Program-made: the position numbers and the translations under genes | Assembly: GCA_964554315.1 (NCBI GenBank) | Contig: CAZKOI010000004.1 | Coordinates: forward strand, 1-40,887 | Source of the DNA: an uncultured Enterobacterales bacterium | GTDB lineage: Bacteria > Myxococcota_A > UBA796 | Length of the DNA: 40,887 nt | Reading direction: 5' to 3' | The notes under the pieces: generated by a model | What the model was told of the DNA's origin: nothing | The model's input: only the letters and a program-made list of their open reading frames with translations | The model's database searches: none | Part shown: piece after piece, positions 1 through 9,128 of the stretch | Layout of the letters: every line of letters begins with the position of its first letter | Numbering within the stretch: position 1 is the stretch's first letter

Positions 1-29
1 ATCAACAACGAAATCAGTGCCAGACGCAT
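1..29 (-). CDS. N-terminus of a gene running off the window (MRLALISLL..., signal-peptide-like)
   Basis: ATG at 29 on the minus strand, GGAGG Shine-Dalgarno just upstream, hydrophobic start; truncated by the window edge. Confidence 0.55.
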
Positions 30-68
30 GGGCCCTCCGAGGGGGAGAGTCTACGACAGGCAGACCTC

Positions 69-105
69 AAACAACAGCCCCTCGGCCACGGACCGAAGGG
101 CGGTT
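69..105 (-). terminator. Probable intrinsic terminator of the upstream lipoprotein gene
   Basis: Minus-strand hairpin AACCGCCCTTCGG-TCCGTGG-CCGAGGGGCTGTT followed by GTTT, just after the stop at 129. Confidence 0.55.
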
Positions 106-128
106 GATTCTCCCGCTGGGGGCTAGGC

Positions 129-1388
129 CTAGAGGCTGTACATCATGTACTGGAGCGTGAGCACCACGTCCGCGTCGGCGTTGTTCGCCACGCGGAAGGA
201 CGAGAAGGCCACCTTGCCGTCGCCGGAGGCGAAGCTCACCAGCAGCGGCGAGTTGCCGAGGCTATAGACATTGGTACCCAGCCGATACTCGATCGGACCG
301 CTCATGTGAACGCTGACGGTGGGGTCGACTCCCTCAATGGGCGGCCAAACCGGCAGGTCAAACTCGACTTGGGTCGTGTCGGTCTCGAGCCAAGCCGCCA
401 AGGCTCCGTCCGACACCACGGCATTCACGATCCCGTTCTCGCCCAGCTGGGCCGCATCCGGGACTTCATCCGCCCCCACAAAGTCGATGGCCTCGGGCCA
501 GCCGCGCTCGACCACATCGTAGGCCCAGTCGCTGGCGTACACAGACCCACCCGCTGCCACGTAGTTGCGGAGGTTGTTGATGATCTCATCCGCCATGTCG
601 AGCGGCTCCTCGGGCACACCGCCGTCGGCATCCGCGTCGCCGTCGGTGCCTTCGTCCGCATCAGCCCCGCCATCCGCGTCCGCGTCCGCGTCCGCGTCGC
701 CGCTCATGCCCGTGTCGTCCTCTGCACCCTCATCGGCATCGGCGTCCTCATCCATGTCAAAGAGCGGCCCGCCATCCGCGTCCGCGTCTTCCTCCTCGTC
801 GGGGGGCCGGGGATAGACGATGCCCTCCTCGACATGGCCCCCGTTGAAGATGATGATGTCGAACTCCAGCATCTTGTCGAGGTCGCGGAGGAAGCCCGCC
901 ATCTCGTCGCCCACCTTGCCATCGACGAGCTCGTAGTTCGCAAAGCCCATGTGCTGAAGCACATCCTGGAAGTCGTCGTAGTCCCCGGTGATCACCGCCA
1001 CATCCAGCTCGAGCGGGTCGAAGCAGTCCGGCTCCTCGAGCACCACCTCCTCGCCGTCGTCCACCTCAACCTCGTGAGTCTCGAGGATGGCGTCACCGTA
1101 CTGCACGTACACGGTGTACGCCGAGCCAGCGGGCATTGGATCGAGGAGGAAGTAGCCATCCCGATCGGTGTAGGAGATGCGCGTGTCGTAGAGCTTCCCA
1201 GAGTCGTCCACGAGGTTGGCATAGACCATCGCGTCAGGCAGCCAGTGGCGCCCCGAGGGATCACAGACCCGCCCCAAGATGGTGCCCGGCGAGAGGCCGT
1301 CCTCGACCTCAGGGTCCTTGAAGAAGGTGTTCTCCGAGCAACTGTACAGTCCAGCAGCGAAGAGGCTCAGGGTGAGTGCGTGACGCAT
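129..1388 (-). CDS. Lipoprotein with carboxypeptidase-regulatory-like beta-sandwich domain, acidic Asp/Ala linker and GATase-like C-terminal domain
   Basis: Start moved to MRHALTLSLFAAGLYSC (lipobox-like); TDRDGYFLL motif; DADADAD low-complexity insert; GGSVYASDWAY motif. Confidence 0.7.
   Translation of the reverse strand: MRHALTLSLFAAGLYSCSENTFFKDPEVEDGLSPGTILGRVCDPSGRHWLPDAMVYANLVDDSGKLYDTRISYTDRDGYFLLDPMPAGSAYTVYVQYGDAILETHEVEVDDGEEVVLEEPDCFDPLELDVAVITGDYDDFQDVLQHMGFANYELVDGKVGDEMAGFLRDLDKMLEFDIIIFNGGHVEEGIVYPRPPDEEEDADADGGPLFDMDEDADADEGAEDDTGMSGDADADADADGGADADEGTDGDADADGGVPEEPLDMADEIINNLRNYVAAGGSVYASDWAYDVVERGWPEAIDFVGADEVPDAAQLGENGIVNAVVSDGALAAWLETDTTQVEFDLPVWPPIEGVDPTVSVHMSGPIEYRLGTNVYSLGNSPLLVSFASGDGKVAFSSFRVANNADADVVLTLQYMMYSL
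614..788. repeat. Coding hexamer repeats (GCGTCC/GCATCC)n encoding Asp-Ala runs
   Basis: gcatccgcgtccgcgtccgcgtccgcgtcg at ~670-699 plus related copies; protein GDADADADADGG, GDADADGG, DADADGG. Confidence 0.75.
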
Positions 1389-1464
1389 AGCGTGCTCCGT
1401 GGTGGCGGTAAATCTAGCGCTTTGCGCGCTACCGCGCACTTCCTAAATAAGGGGGATTGACCTC

Positions 1465-1499
1465 GTTGACGTTAGCCTCGGTCCCTACCGAGGGTCAAC
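1465..1499. other. Intergenic stem-loop downstream of moaC
   Basis: GTTGAC...CCTCGGT-ccct-ACCGAGG-GTCAAC inverted repeat; no clear U-tract. Confidence 0.4.
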
Positions 1500-1515
1500 A
1501 GATCTCTTGGCTTTG

Positions 1516-1995
1516 TCACCGGTTTGGGGCTGTCCAGTCGCCCGACTTACCGCCCCGCTTCTCAAGCAAGCGGACGCCATCGATGCAGATGCCCTTGTCG
1601 ATGGCCTTGGTCATGTCGTGGACCGTGAGGGCCGCAGCGCTGACCGCCGAGAGCGCCTCCATCTCGACTCCGGTGCGCCAGCAGGCCGAGACCTGGGCCT
1701 CTATCCGTATCGCGTCGCCCACACGCTCCACGGAGACAGAGACGGCATCGACGGGGAGCGGGTGGCAGAGCGGAATCAGGTCGGCGGTGCGCTTGGCCCC
1801 CTGAATACCGGCCAGCTCGGCGATCGCGAGGACGTCCCCCTTCTTGACGCGTCTCTCCGTGATCGCATCGAGGGCCTCCGGCGCCATGCGAACCCAGCCT
1901 TCGGCGCGCGCCATCCGCGGAGTCATGGGCTTGTGGCCCACATCCACCATGGACGGACGCCCGTCCTCGCTGATGTGCGTGAGTGACGTGCTCAT
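1516..1995 (-). CDS. moaC: Cyclic pyranopterin monophosphate synthase MoaC
   Basis: LTH...MVDVGHK, KKGDVL, LIPLCHPL, TGVEMEAL, DMTKAIDK, KRGGKSG motifs; ATG at 1995 overlaps the upstream TGA (ATGA). Confidence 0.95.
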   Translation of the reverse strand: MSTSLTHISEDGRPSMVDVGHKPMTPRMARAEGWVRMAPEALDAITERRVKKGDVLAIAELAGIQGAKRTADLIPLCHPLPVDAVSVSVERVGDAIRIEAQVSACWRTGVEMEALSAVSAAALTVHDMTKAIDKGICIDGVRLLEKRGGKSGDWTAPNR

Positions 1996-3263
1996 GCGTC
2001 CCGCCAGAGGGGGCAGGTCAAGCATCGCGGGCCACCCCGGCCCCGGGAGAGCTCACTCCCGACCAAGTGAACAGCGATTCGCCGACCGCTGTCGAAGAGC
2101 GCATCAACATCGCCCTGAAAGTCCGCAGAGAGGGTCGCGAGGTAGCCGGCCGGGCTCATGACCTCAAAGCCCGCCTCGCCCATCGCAACCGCCGTGCGGT
2201 GGTTGCGGGCATAGCCCACCACCACGCCGGGTCCGAGCGCCACGTAGTTGGCCCCGTCTGTCCACTGCTCGCGCCGTCCGTGAATCGGATGACCGCCGCC
2301 GCACTGGACGGCCTCGATCGGGTGTCCCGCGGCGGCCAGCGCCTCGATCAAGTGAAGGTCGCCGTCATCAACCACCGTGCGGCCGCCCTCGAGGCTCAGG
2401 CTGAGGACCCTGGCTTCCTCCGAGCCTCCCGGCTCCAGCAGGGGCGTGTAGACCACCCCTGAGGTCCGGTCGGTGAGCGTGAACACCGTGTCGAGGTGCA
2501 TCGAGCTCCGCTGCTTGGGCATCTCCACCACAAGCACGCGCTCGAGCCCCTCGGAGAGCAGCTCCGTGGCCAGCTTGATGATCATGGCCCAGCTGGTTCG
2601 CTCCGAGGCCCCGATGCAAGCGAGCGCTTCGGATACCACGAGCACATCTCCGCCCTCAATGGTCAGCGGCGCCGAGCCTCCAGCCTCGTGAACTCGGGTG
2701 GAGCTCCTCGCGATCCGTGCGGACTCGAAGCGGGGATGGCCCTCAAACACACTCCATGCCAGCATGGTCTCGCGGCGCCGGGCCGGCTTGTTGGCATTGC
2801 CGACGACGATCGTCTCGCCCACCACTGCCGCCAGGTCGCGGGTGAAGATGAGGTTGGGGGCCGGCGCAAAAATCGGCTTTCCGCTTAGGCTTCCGCCGAT
2901 CGTGCCCACGACCATGGTGGCGGCCAAGGCTTCCGGGTCGAGCGCCGCCAGCTGCGCCACCTGCCGATCTCGGAGACGCTCCGCCTGCGCCACGTCCTCG
3001 ATGAGGGCCGAGCGGCTTTCGTCTTCGATGAGTGCTTCGCCCAACAAGGTCTGAAACGGCACCACCTCGGCTACGGAGGCGAGGACATCACAGAGCTGCT
3101 GGTGCTCATCGGAGGCGGCCCGCACGTCGACGAGGTCATCGAACAGCAGGTACTGGGGCGAGGCCGGATCAATGTGTTCAGGGAGCATACGCTCCATTGC
3201 AGGACCTGGGGGGTGGATCACCACGCTCCTCAGTCGGCCAACCTCGCTCACAACCTTGATCAT
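1992..3263 (-). CDS. arcA: Arginine deiminase family protein
   Basis: SEVGRLRSVVIHPPG, LLFDD, PNLIFTRD, IEGGDV, MHLDTVF, ELSRGRGGPRCLTCPLWRD; catalytic Asp/His/Cys intact. Confidence 0.88.
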   Translation of the reverse strand: MIKVVSEVGRLRSVVIHPPGPAMERMLPEHIDPASPQYLLFDDLVDVRAASDEHQQLCDVLASVAEVVPFQTLLGEALIEDESRSALIEDVAQAERLRDRQVAQLAALDPEALAATMVVGTIGGSLSGKPIFAPAPNLIFTRDLAAVVGETIVVGNANKPARRRETMLAWSVFEGHPRFESARIARSSTRVHEAGGSAPLTIEGGDVLVVSEALACIGASERTSWAMIIKLATELLSEGLERVLVVEMPKQRSSMHLDTVFTLTDRTSGVVYTPLLEPGGSEEARVLSLSLEGGRTVVDDGDLHLIEALAAAGHPIEAVQCGGGHPIHGRREQWTDGANYVALGPGVVVGYARNHRTAVAMGEAGFEVMSPAGYLATLSADFQGDVDALFDSGRRIAVHLVGSELSRGRGGPRCLTCPLWRDA

Positions 3264-3308
3264 GTTGCCGACCTAACACACGAGCGAGGATGCGATAGGC
3301 TGGCCGAC

Positions 3309-4592
3309 ATGAAGAGATCCATCGCCAGCCTCTATCGTCGTGCATCGGCAGGGGAACTGCCCCTCTCGGATACGTGGTGGGCGCAGCGGGTGATGAATGT
3401 CATCCACCTGGCGGTGATCGTGACCCAGCAGACCGCCCAGGACCGGCTGCCGGTGCGTTCTGCGACGCTGGCCTATTGGACCGCCGTGGGTGCCGTCCCG
3501 CTGATGGTGCTCGCGTTTGCGCTCACCGGCGAGCTGGGGTTGACCGAGGTCACGGTGGAGGCGGTGCGCGGAATCCTGTACGACACGGTCCTCTCCGACG
3601 CCGTCGGCGATGAGATCTCGGCGGTGGTGGAGAACTTGCTCACCCGGGTGGACCTGAGCACGGTCGGGAGTGTCGGCGTCTTGGGCTTGATGGCCATCAC
3701 CAGCCAGATCTACTTTCAGGTCGAGCTGGCGGTGAACGACATCTTCTCAACCCGACTGCATCGGAGCTGGATCTGGCGCTTTGTTCTGTTCAACCTGTCG
3801 GTGCTGGTCGCTCCCGTCATCGTGGCGACGGGCATGGTCTTGAGCGCTCGACTGCCGGAGACGGCCAGCGCTGTCGGTGTGGTTCTTCCATGGCTGATGA
3901 CGTCTCTTGCCTTCGTGGTGGCCATCAAGTACCTGCCCAACACGCCCGTTAAGTGGCGCTCCGCCGTCATCGGCGGGCTGGTCTCGGCCGCCCTCTTCGA
4001 GGGCGCGAAGCGCGGCTTCACGCTCTACACCGACCTCCTCGGCACGCGAGATAGCATGGCGCGCCTCTATGGCTCGGTGGCCTTCCTGCCCGTGTTTCTC
4101 ATCTGGCTCAACTTTGTGTGGCTGGTCATCTTGATGGGGGTCGAGCTCTCGTACGTCATCGACAAGGGAAGCCAGCTGCTCGATGTCCAGCGCGAGCGCG
4201 CACTCGACCCTCACGCAGCCCGGCGCCACCCCGACGGACTCTTTGCTCTCGGCGTGCTCTTGGCGCTGTACGAGGCCGCAGATGAAGGGCCGGTGACCGT
4301 GTCCCGAGTGGCGGATGTGGCAGGCGTCCCCCGCCATCACACGCTCGCGGCGCTGGAAGTTCTAGAGGACGCCGGCGTCGTGCTTCTGGACGGCAGCACG
4401 CAGCGGTGGAGCCCGTCTCATGACGCGTCTCACATCACGGCAAGCGAGGTGCTTCGGGCTTGGCAGAGCCTGGCTGCCCCCAACTGGATCGGTGATTGCC
4501 TCGGCGGCCAGTTGGTGGCCAAGATGCAGCTTCGTCTTGAGTATTCCGCCAACACCAGCATGGAGGACCTGCGTCGCGAGGTCACCGCGTGA
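3309..4592 (+). CDS. YihY/BrkB family inner-membrane protein with C-terminal winged-helix-like extension
   Basis: SATLAYWT...VP, KYLPNTPVKW, LFEGAKRGF, LYGSVAFLPVFLIWL..W..IL.G.E motifs; C-terminal VSRVADVAGVP...LEVLEDAGVV; start placed at ATG 3309. Confidence 0.85.
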   Translation: MKRSIASLYRRASAGELPLSDTWWAQRVMNVIHLAVIVTQQTAQDRLPVRSATLAYWTAVGAVPLMVLAFALTGELGLTEVTVEAVRGILYDTVLSDAVGDEISAVVENLLTRVDLSTVGSVGVLGLMAITSQIYFQVELAVNDIFSTRLHRSWIWRFVLFNLSVLVAPVIVATGMVLSARLPETASAVGVVLPWLMTSLAFVVAIKYLPNTPVKWRSAVIGGLVSAALFEGAKRGFTLYTDLLGTRDSMARLYGSVAFLPVFLIWLNFVWLVILMGVELSYVIDKGSQLLDVQRERALDPHAARRHPDGLFALGVLLALYEAADEGPVTVSRVADVAGVPRHHTLAALEVLEDAGVVLLDGSTQRWSPSHDASHITASEVLRAWQSLAAPNWIGDCLGGQLVAKMQLRLEYSANTSMEDLRREVTA

Positions 4593-6199
4593 GACGGATC
4601 CTGGGCGGACTGTCGCTCTTCTTGGCGCTCCTCGGAACCGGGGCGATCTTGGGCCAGATTGGCCTCGAGCAATCGATCGAGGACCGTCTGATGGCGGCCG
4701 GCGTGTCGTGGGAGACCAAGGATGTCGCCGTCGGACGAATGAGCTGGGACAGCCTGACGAGCGAGGCGCTCTCCGCAAACCGTCTCACCATCGAGCTCGG
4801 ATGGCCCATCAAGGTTGAGATCTGGGCACCAACGATCGATGCCTCCAAGATCGAGCGCTGGATTCGGCCGTCGACGGTGTCCGCATCATCGGAGTGGAGG
4901 CCTCAGTGGGAAGCCAAGGCCTTCGACCTGTCGGTTCAGTGGGAGGACGAGGACCTGGTGACCGGGCTCGACGGCGCCCTCTACCCGCGAATCATCATGA
5001 CGAACGGAGAGACGAGCATCTCCGCCTCTCTGCACCCCCGCATGGGCGTCTCACTCGCCGGCACTGTGACCGGGCAGCTCCCCCATCCGAATCTTTCCGG
5101 AGCCGGACAGCTGGACTTTCAGCTCGGCAGTACGGTGACCTTTCGTTTGACCGCTGCGAGCGCACAGACCCATCACCCCTTTATCGCGGAGGATGCCTTG
5201 CCTCCCACCGCTCTCCACGCTGAGGGATCATGGGACAAGCGAAACGGCTCACTGAGCGCCCGCGGCAGCTTTGGCGATGTGGGCTGGAGCGCAGAAGGCC
5301 AAGCCGCCACCGACCGCGTCGTCCTCGATGTCGCCATCCCCCTGACTCCGCTCGCGAAGGTCGTCGATCTATTCGGGCCTGGCGTTCCCGAGGCTCAGGT
5401 ATCGGCCATCAATGGCGATGTCTCCTTGCAGGCCCACATCACGGGCCCGGAGTGGGCGTGGGCTCTCGAGCCGGGCGCGCGCGATCTGGCTGTCTCCGGC
5501 GCGGTGCCCGCCGACTTCGGTCAACCCATCGTCCGCTGGCGGTCCCGCGATCGGCGCCACTGCGGAGACGACGTCGAGTGCGTGCCCCGAGAGGTCCAGC
5601 ACATCACCGGGCCGCGCACGGCAGGCTGGGTGTCGCTCGCGGCCGCGGGGTGGATGCCCGAGGCCGTCATTGCCGCCGAGGACATCCGCTTTCGCTCCCA
5701 CCCCGGCTACGACCTCATTGCGATCCAGGAGGCCCTCGCTGACGCGGGCTCGGACGAGCGCCTGCGAGGGGGCAGCACCCTCACCCAGCAGCTGGCGAAG
5801 AACCTGTTCCTCGACGGCCGCCGAACACTCCGACGCAAGCTCCGCGAGCTGCTTCTTGCCATGAGCCTCGAGGAGCGAATGACCAAGGATGCCATCCTCA
5901 CGCTGTATCTGAACGTCGTGGAGTTTGGACCCGGAATCTGGGGAATTCGGGATGCTGCAGAGGCGTGGTTCATGAAGACCCCGGACCAACTGACGGCCAA
6001 GGAGGCGGCCTTCCTCGCGTCGATTCTTCCAGCGCCAGAGATGTGGCACAGGCGGCTCTCAAGCGGGGGGCCTGTTCCTCACGCCCGGGTCAACGCCGTC
6101 CTCGATCGCATGAGGCGGCGCGGCAGCCTGAGTCGTACCGACCATGCCGAGGCCCGCGCGGAGGACCTGCGCGTTGTGCCTCCGGTCGACTCACTCTGA
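4589..6199 (+). CDS. Peptidoglycan transglycosylase (GT51, MtgA-like) with long N-terminal periplasmic region
   Basis: AAEDIRFRSHPG, RGGSTLTQQLAKNLFL, RKLRE, YLNVVEFGPGIWG motifs; no transpeptidase domain; GTGA overlap with the YihY gene. Confidence 0.88.
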   Translation: MRRILGGLSLFLALLGTGAILGQIGLEQSIEDRLMAAGVSWETKDVAVGRMSWDSLTSEALSANRLTIELGWPIKVEIWAPTIDASKIERWIRPSTVSASSEWRPQWEAKAFDLSVQWEDEDLVTGLDGALYPRIIMTNGETSISASLHPRMGVSLAGTVTGQLPHPNLSGAGQLDFQLGSTVTFRLTAASAQTHHPFIAEDALPPTALHAEGSWDKRNGSLSARGSFGDVGWSAEGQAATDRVVLDVAIPLTPLAKVVDLFGPGVPEAQVSAINGDVSLQAHITGPEWAWALEPGARDLAVSGAVPADFGQPIVRWRSRDRRHCGDDVECVPREVQHITGPRTAGWVSLAAAGWMPEAVIAAEDIRFRSHPGYDLIAIQEALADAGSDERLRGGSTLTQQLAKNLFLDGRRTLRRKLRELLLAMSLEERMTKDAILTLYLNVVEFGPGIWGIRDAAEAWFMKTPDQLTAKEAAFLASILPAPEMWHRRLSSGGPVPHARVNAVLDRMRRRGSLSRTDHAEARAEDLRVVPPVDSL

Positions 6200-6943
6200 G
6201 GGCGGACACTGATCCGTGAAGCTGTAGCCATTTCCAGAGGCGGGCACCCCGGTGAGCGAGTTCTTGGTGTCACCCGAGAAGGTCCACACTCCGAGCCAGC
6301 CTTCCGTCTCTCCCGCCGGCCGTACCGGTGCCGTCATGTTTTCATAGCGGACCGTTCGCGAGAAGCGGAGGCGATCCATGAGGCTGTCCCAGCTCACCGA
6401 ATCACCGAACGCCCGAGCGATGTACAGGGCGTCGTCTTCAGGGGTAGGAATCGCCCCTGAGTAGCTCAAGGCCGACCCCATGAGCCGTCCATCGACGTAG
6501 ACCCTAAACTGAGTGGGGTCGCTGTCCTTGACCACCGCCACGTGATGCCAGTCCGCGTCAGGGGCCTCATCACGGACTTCCCCCTCTTGAGTGCTGAAGA
6601 CCAGGTCCCCGCCTTCGATGCCCAGCCACCACGCCTTGTCGGGTCCCAGTGAAACCAGCGTACGGGTCTCGCCCAGATCCACCGCCTGAAACCAAGTCCA
6701 GAACTCAAGGGTGAAATCCTGTGTGGTGTAGAAGCCCCCCTCCGTGAGCGCCTCGCTGCCGATGTTTAGGTACCCGTCGTCCTCGAACGAGACGGCACGA
6801 CAAGGCTCGACGGGTGCCGCGGTGTCGTCTTGCTGGGGAGTGGATCCAGTGTCGTCACCGCCCGGTGCGCCCCCCCACGGCCGAGGGGGCGGCAGGCAGC
6901 CTTGGGTCACCCCTAGGATCAGAAATGGCGCCAATCGGAACAT
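6191..6943 (-). CDS. LamG-like jellyroll domain lipoprotein
   Basis: Lipobox-like TQGC; DFTLEFW, WHHVAVV, RVYVDG, MDRLRFSRTVRY. Confidence 0.75.
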   Translation of the reverse strand: MFRLAPFLILGVTQGCLPPPRPWGGAPGGDDTGSTPQQDDTAAPVEPCRAVSFEDDGYLNIGSEALTEGGFYTTQDFTLEFWTWFQAVDLGETRTLVSLGPDKAWWLGIEGGDLVFSTQEGEVRDEAPDADWHHVAVVKDSDPTQFRVYVDGRLMGSALSYSGAIPTPEDDALYIARAFGDSVSWDSLMDRLRFSRTVRYENMTAPVRPAGETEGWLGVWTFSGDTKNSLTGVPASGNGYSFTDQCPPSE

Positions 6944-7023
6944 CTCCTCGCATCATAGCGCCTGCCGCAGTTTTCGGCCTCCTCGGGAGCAGGTTACCGT
7001 TCATTCGGCCACGGGAGGCAGGT

Positions 7024-8019
7024 ATGCAGCGCCAATTCGAGGAGGGCACCACCCTCGACAGGTTCATCTTCGAGACCACCAAGGAGCATGCCGACGCCAC
7101 AGGCCAGTTTGCGACCCTGCTCAAGCAGGTGGCGCTGGCCAGCCGACTCGTCTCCGCGCGTGTCAACCGAGCCGGCCTCGCGGGAATGCTGGGCGCCACC
7201 GGCGAGATGAATGTTCAAGGCGAGTTTGTGCAGAAGCTCGATGTCTACGCGAATGAGACATTCAAGCGCGCGCTGGAGCATCCCGGTGTGTGCGCGGCCA
7301 TCCTATCGGAGGAGGACGAAGAGGCCACTCTGACGCCCGAGCGCTTTCACTCGGGCCGCTATGTCTTCTGCATGGATCCGCTCGATGGGTCCTCGAACAT
7401 CGATGTCAACGCCACCATCGGTACCATCTTCGGCATCTTTCGTCGGCGCTCTCCCGAGGGCGAGCGCGCCACGGCTGAAGACATCCTCCAGCGAGGAACG
7501 GAGCTGGTCGCCGCCGGCTACGTGGTGTACGGATCGGGCACTGTCATGGTGCTCGCCGTCGACGGGCAGGTCAACGGCTTCACGCTCGATCCGGTGGTGG
7601 GCGAGTTCTTCCTTAGCCACCCCGACATCCGGCTCGCGCCACACGCCAAGACCTACTCGGTCAACGAGGGCTATGCCTACGCATGGGACGAGCGCTTGCG
7701 CACCTACGTCGATGGACTCAAGCAGCGCCGCGAGGGATGGCGAGCCCGCTACATCGGCTCGCTCGTGGCCGACTTTCACCGCAACCTGATCAAGGGCGGC
7801 GTCTTTCTGTACCCGGGCACAACCTCGAGCCCAGAGGGCAAGCTTCGGCTCTTATACGAGGCCTTTCCGCTCGCTTACATCGCCGAGGCGGCCGGGGGGG
7901 CGGCATCAAGCGGCACGCAGCGCATTCTCGAGGTCGCTCCCTCCGAGATGCATGCGCGCACGCCACTGTTCATCGGAAATCGTGAGAACGTCGAAGCCAT
8001 CGAGGCCGTGCTTCGATGA
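7024..8019 (+). CDS. fbp: Class 1 fructose-1,6-bisphosphatase
   Basis: NVQGE..QKLD, SEE, DPLDGSSNIDVN, RYIGSLVADFHR, GKLRLLYEAFP; GGGAGG SD before ATG 7024. Confidence 0.95.
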   Translation: MQRQFEEGTTLDRFIFETTKEHADATGQFATLLKQVALASRLVSARVNRAGLAGMLGATGEMNVQGEFVQKLDVYANETFKRALEHPGVCAAILSEEDEEATLTPERFHSGRYVFCMDPLDGSSNIDVNATIGTIFGIFRRRSPEGERATAEDILQRGTELVAAGYVVYGSGTVMVLAVDGQVNGFTLDPVVGEFFLSHPDIRLAPHAKTYSVNEGYAYAWDERLRTYVDGLKQRREGWRARYIGSLVADFHRNLIKGGVFLYPGTTSSPEGKLRLLYEAFPLAYIAEAAGGAASSGTQRILEVAPSEMHARTPLFIGNRENVEAIEAVLR

Positions 8020-9047
8020 CAGCCGGCCTCCCGGGGGCCTTTGAGGTTCAAGCGGACGAGGTGCACACCCTGTGTCTCCATGGGGACGCGTCAGCAGCGC
8101 TTCGCGTACAGGACCTCGAGCTCACGGTCGAGCCCAGCTTGCACATCGAGCGGACCACGCTCCCCGCGGGGCCAACCCGCCCTCCCGTCGTGCTGGTCCA
8201 TGGCTTCGCCCAGAACCGCTTCAGCTGGCACACCAGCGTTCGCTCAATGTCCGGCTGGCTGGCTGCGCAAGGCTGGGATGTTTGGAACCTTGAGCTGCGC
8301 GGTCACGGTCGGTCCCGACGAAAGGGACAGTCGGTCGCCACCACCTTCGCGGACTACCCCAAGGACCTCAACACGCTCGCAGACCACATGGCACAACCCG
8401 CCTTCTGGATCGGACACTCGCTGGGCGCGAGCGTTGCCTATGCGGCCGTGGCCGCCCGTCCTCAAGAGGCACGCTGCGCCGGAGTGGTGAGCATCGGCGG
8501 CCTCTACCGGTTTGGTCAAGCGGGTTGGCTGATTCCCGGTCTTGTTCGAGCGACGAAGAAACTACCCGGCAATGTCGACATCGGGGACATTCAGGTTCAC
8601 ACCGGCCTTTCAGGGCGAATTCTCGCCCGCCTCTTTCCCCTGGTCGACTTGGCAGCCTATGGCATGCCGGTTGCCGGGTGGTGGCCTGGATCGGTCGAGC
8701 CCGAGCTCGCGAAAGAGCGAATGAAGCGGGGGTTTGACTACATCCCCGTGAGGGTCTGGCAGGAGATGGCTAGCTGGGCGGCAGCCGACGACGCCCCCTG
8801 GGACGCGGGCTGGCAGGCGGCTTCCGTACCCAACCTCATCATCCTCGGGGACCGAGACAGCATGCTCTTTCCGGAGGAGGGCCGGGCAGCCTTTGATCGA
8901 TCGGGGGCAGGGGACAAGACCTTGAAGATTCTCGATGACACCGACGGCTTGACCCACTGGGGTCACCTCGACATCGTCCTCGGCAAGTCTGCACCTGCCC
9001 ATGTATGGACCTTGATCAATCAGTGGATGAGCGCACGCTCAAGCTAG
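8016..9047 (+). CDS. Alpha/beta fold hydrolase (lipase/esterase-like)
   Basis: VLVHGF, ELRGHGRS, GHSLG nucleophile elbow, GDRD, WGHLDIVLG; ATGA overlap with fbp. Confidence 0.85.
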   Translation: MTAGLPGAFEVQADEVHTLCLHGDASAALRVQDLELTVEPSLHIERTTLPAGPTRPPVVLVHGFAQNRFSWHTSVRSMSGWLAAQGWDVWNLELRGHGRSRRKGQSVATTFADYPKDLNTLADHMAQPAFWIGHSLGASVAYAAVAARPQEARCAGVVSIGGLYRFGQAGWLIPGLVRATKKLPGNVDIGDIQVHTGLSGRILARLFPLVDLAAYGMPVAGWWPGSVEPELAKERMKRGFDYIPVRVWQEMASWAAADDAPWDAGWQAASVPNLIILGDRDSMLFPEEGRAAFDRSGAGDKTLKILDDTDGLTHWGHLDIVLGKSAPAHVWTLINQWMSARSS

Positions 9048-9071
9048 CCTCCGGACCGCACCTATCCGCCC

Positions 9072-9110
9072 AAAAGAGCGAGGCCTCGCCACCGGAGTGG
9101 CGAGGCCTCG
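9072..9110 (-). terminator. Intrinsic terminator between convergent genes
   Basis: Perfect 14-bp stem CGAGGCCTCGCCAC/GTGGCGAGGCCTCG with 4-nt loop; CTCTTTT tail on the minus strand. Confidence 0.85.
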
Positions 9111-9128
9111 GAAACACGTCGACGCGAA

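Noticed and set aside
1395-1500. GCGCAAAGC-containing hairpin upstream of the first lipoprotein, reminiscent of a c-di-GMP-I riboswitch
   Set aside because: Lacks the GGCAAAC/GAAA-tetraloop stem and the 3' conserved elements; an Infernal search would settle it
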